64,000 nt of DNA from assembly GCA_030390025.1 (NCBI GenBank), contig CM059432.1, positions 73,720,001 to 73,784,000 on the forward strand, in the 5' to 3' direction. This stretch comes from Squalus acanthias. Its lineage: Eukaryota. A program made the translations under genes and the position numbers. Numbering within the stretch: position 1 is the first letter of the stretch; each line of letters opens with the position of its first letter. Under the pieces are notes generated by a model. That model was not told the origin of the DNA. It made no database searches and saw only the letters and a program-made list of their open reading frames with translations. Below are positions 61,761 through 64,000 of the stretch, piece by piece.

Positions 61761-64000
61761 TCCCTTAGGGAATGTACACGATGGTGTCCCAGTCGTGTAA
61801 GGCAGACAGATGACTGTCACTTTTGAGTGTGCAAAAATAAAGTTCTCCAAAATAGGTCAACTAATGGTTGCTGGTCTCCAAATTAAACAGACGTAAAGTC
61901 TTCAGAAACACACAAAATAATAAACTGGCAAAACTCACGTATAAGAGGTAGCTCAACAATGAAAAAATCCAAGGCAAGAAGTTCCACTTTGAGTGCTTCA
62001 GGTAGGTACTGTGCCGGCTGCACAGAGCACAGAATGACATTACACCAAAAGCACAAAGGAGTGCAAAATCTGTAGAACCCTGGACACCCCCCCCCCACCC
62101 CCCCCCCCCCCCGTGCGCCCCAAATGCATATTGAAATAAAACTTGCCTCATGGAGCAACACAAGCTCTTGTGCTGCTGGCAAAGAACCAGTGTAACATCA
62201 TGAGCAGGCACCGAACCTGCACAGCAATGGAATTACTCATTCTGCGTTTCCTCTGCACTGCACATGTGCCAGTTGCACAAAGGAGGGCAAGTTCAGACTA
62301 ATAGTTGCCTGTTTCAGGCTGAAAATAGATGTGCACTATAGAGATATCATCAGTGATCTAGTCATAATGTTAACAATTAAAATTATCTTGTTTTCATTCA
62401 TTAAACTCTGGCATATTTCCTTTTAAATAAATATATTGGTTTCCAAAGATAATATAAAGAAAATTAAAATCTAAAGCAAAGCTTATAAAAATATTATTGC
62501 ATATCTAGTGTAATATTTAATTCAAGTATATTATGGAACAATTTAGATTATCATAATTGTTCAAATCAAAATACTAGTCTTGTGTTTTGACATATTTACA
62601 CGTGCTCATTAAGTATCTATGTTTGCATACTTGCAAAGCTTTGAAGGGAAAAGAAAATTTCACAGCAATTGTGCCATCAGAGCAAATATTATACAACATT
62701 AAAACCAAATTACCAGAAATCCAGTGCACACAGAAGTGGCATGTCAGTACTTCATCATTATGGGACAACTTCCAAGGCATTACTCATGTGTTAGTCAATA
62801 TTGTTGTATTTTGGTATATTTTACCAGTAAGCATAAAATGTCTACAAAATGTGAAAATGGAGGGAGGTCCACAAGAACCTTCACTGCCTTTAAAACTGGT
62901 TCAGGTTTCAGTCTCTGACCTTGCAGTATAAAGCAAATGAATAGAACATTGTCCTCACGGAACAGAGTCTCAATAACTGGACATTTTCTGGGTCTGTGAG
63001 TTTTTACAATGAAATATCAAATCCAATCTATGTACATAATGCTCCAGTGACTGCCAGGAATGGAGTTAGTATTGATGGCCTTCAATATAGATCACATCAT
63101 TGGTGGAATAATGCTCCATAAATGATAGTTAACAAGTTTAATAGAACAACAGTAACGTTGAAAGATAAAGCAAATCACAAGTACATTTGTTCTATGCATC
63201 ACAAGTACCTTAGTCATCAACAAATGAATGTTGATACATTTAGTACATTATTATAAACATTGGGTTATTCATGTAAACCCATCAAGTTCAATACTTGTAC
63301 CTTTTTTGATGATATATTTGGTATTAAGTTACTTTATTGTGGCATTCAAATATCAGGAAAGCAGTGTTAAGTGGCAAAGAATTCTCTGACTGCAATGGAA
63401 CTGAATATCAGGCGCTGTGTATAACGGGCGGCCGATCCAATACCGCCCGTTCTGTGCCACCTCCCGAGATGAATTTCTAGGCCTTGATCTATCCATGTAA
63501 ACCTATCTGTCCAAATTGTATTTGAATCAACAAAAACAGGAGGACTGCATTGGATTTCTAGGAGGATAAATTCAGAAAAAAGCTATAAAAATAATGCTCT
63601 TCCATTTTCTAAATTAACAAAATAATTTGATTATTTGAACAAATAATTGCTTTTTTTTACATACTATATGTAAGATACTGATGGATGTTGAGTTAATAAC
63701 TTGTACTTTCTGGAATTATATACTCCCATTTAACCAGACTAGTTTTTGATATCATAAAGTTGAAAAATCTTTGGTACTACTTTATCCTTCTGTTAGACTT
63801 AAATTAAGACGACACAGATGGGAAAAGGAGTCTTCTTTCTAGAAGCCTAGCATTCCTTAATGGCTCAAGAACAATTGTGAAGAGTTTAATTTATCGATGA
63901 GGTCTTGCATGTGTTGTTGTCCTTTGTTATAAAGAAATTTGAGAAGATTTTTGGTATGGGGAGAAGGCAGTCAAATATGTTTTTCTATGTTAAAGGCACT

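Noticed and set aside
62087..62112. Poly-C/G tracts (also ~804, ~17360, ~33952) as functional G-quadruplexes
   Set aside because: Simple homopolymer runs common in these repeats and prone to sequencing error. No further evidence.
1..64000. Host protein-coding gene
   Set aside because: Every recognisable ORF is TE-derived, and I found no supported exon chain. Small exons cannot be excluded by eye.
1..64000. CRISPR-like array or prokaryotic/viral insert
   Set aside because: No regularly spaced repeat-spacer array and no gene-dense segment.

Overview
This is eukaryotic, repeat-rich DNA, almost certainly from a shark or ray, because it carries an HE1/V-SINE, SacSINE1-like Deu-SINEs and shark-type CR1 tails. 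I found no host protein-coding exon that I can support, so it looks like intergenic DNA or part of a very large intron. The window is dominated by PIF/Harbinger DNA transposons. Seven long copies carry pseudogenised DDE transposase and/or 3-exon Myb/SANT genes, and about ten MITEs have GGSS-N3-AAATT-type TIRs and 3-bp TSDs. Many are nested inside CR1, L2, Penelope, hAT and SINE elements. The most notable observations are: (1) minimal hammerhead-ribozyme motifs from two Penelope-type repeat families, one fully intact at 42591-42633; (2) a MITE family whose internal hairpin shows compensatory changes and which carries many consensus splice donors; (3) a non-autonomous Harbinger family carrying a Penelope-derived fold-back whose arm variants are swapped between two copies; (4) an internal duplication that could restore an open spliced Myb/SANT ORF; (5) a tRNA-headed LINE with no ORF1. 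All calls were made by eye, and boundaries without a TIR/TSD are approximate.
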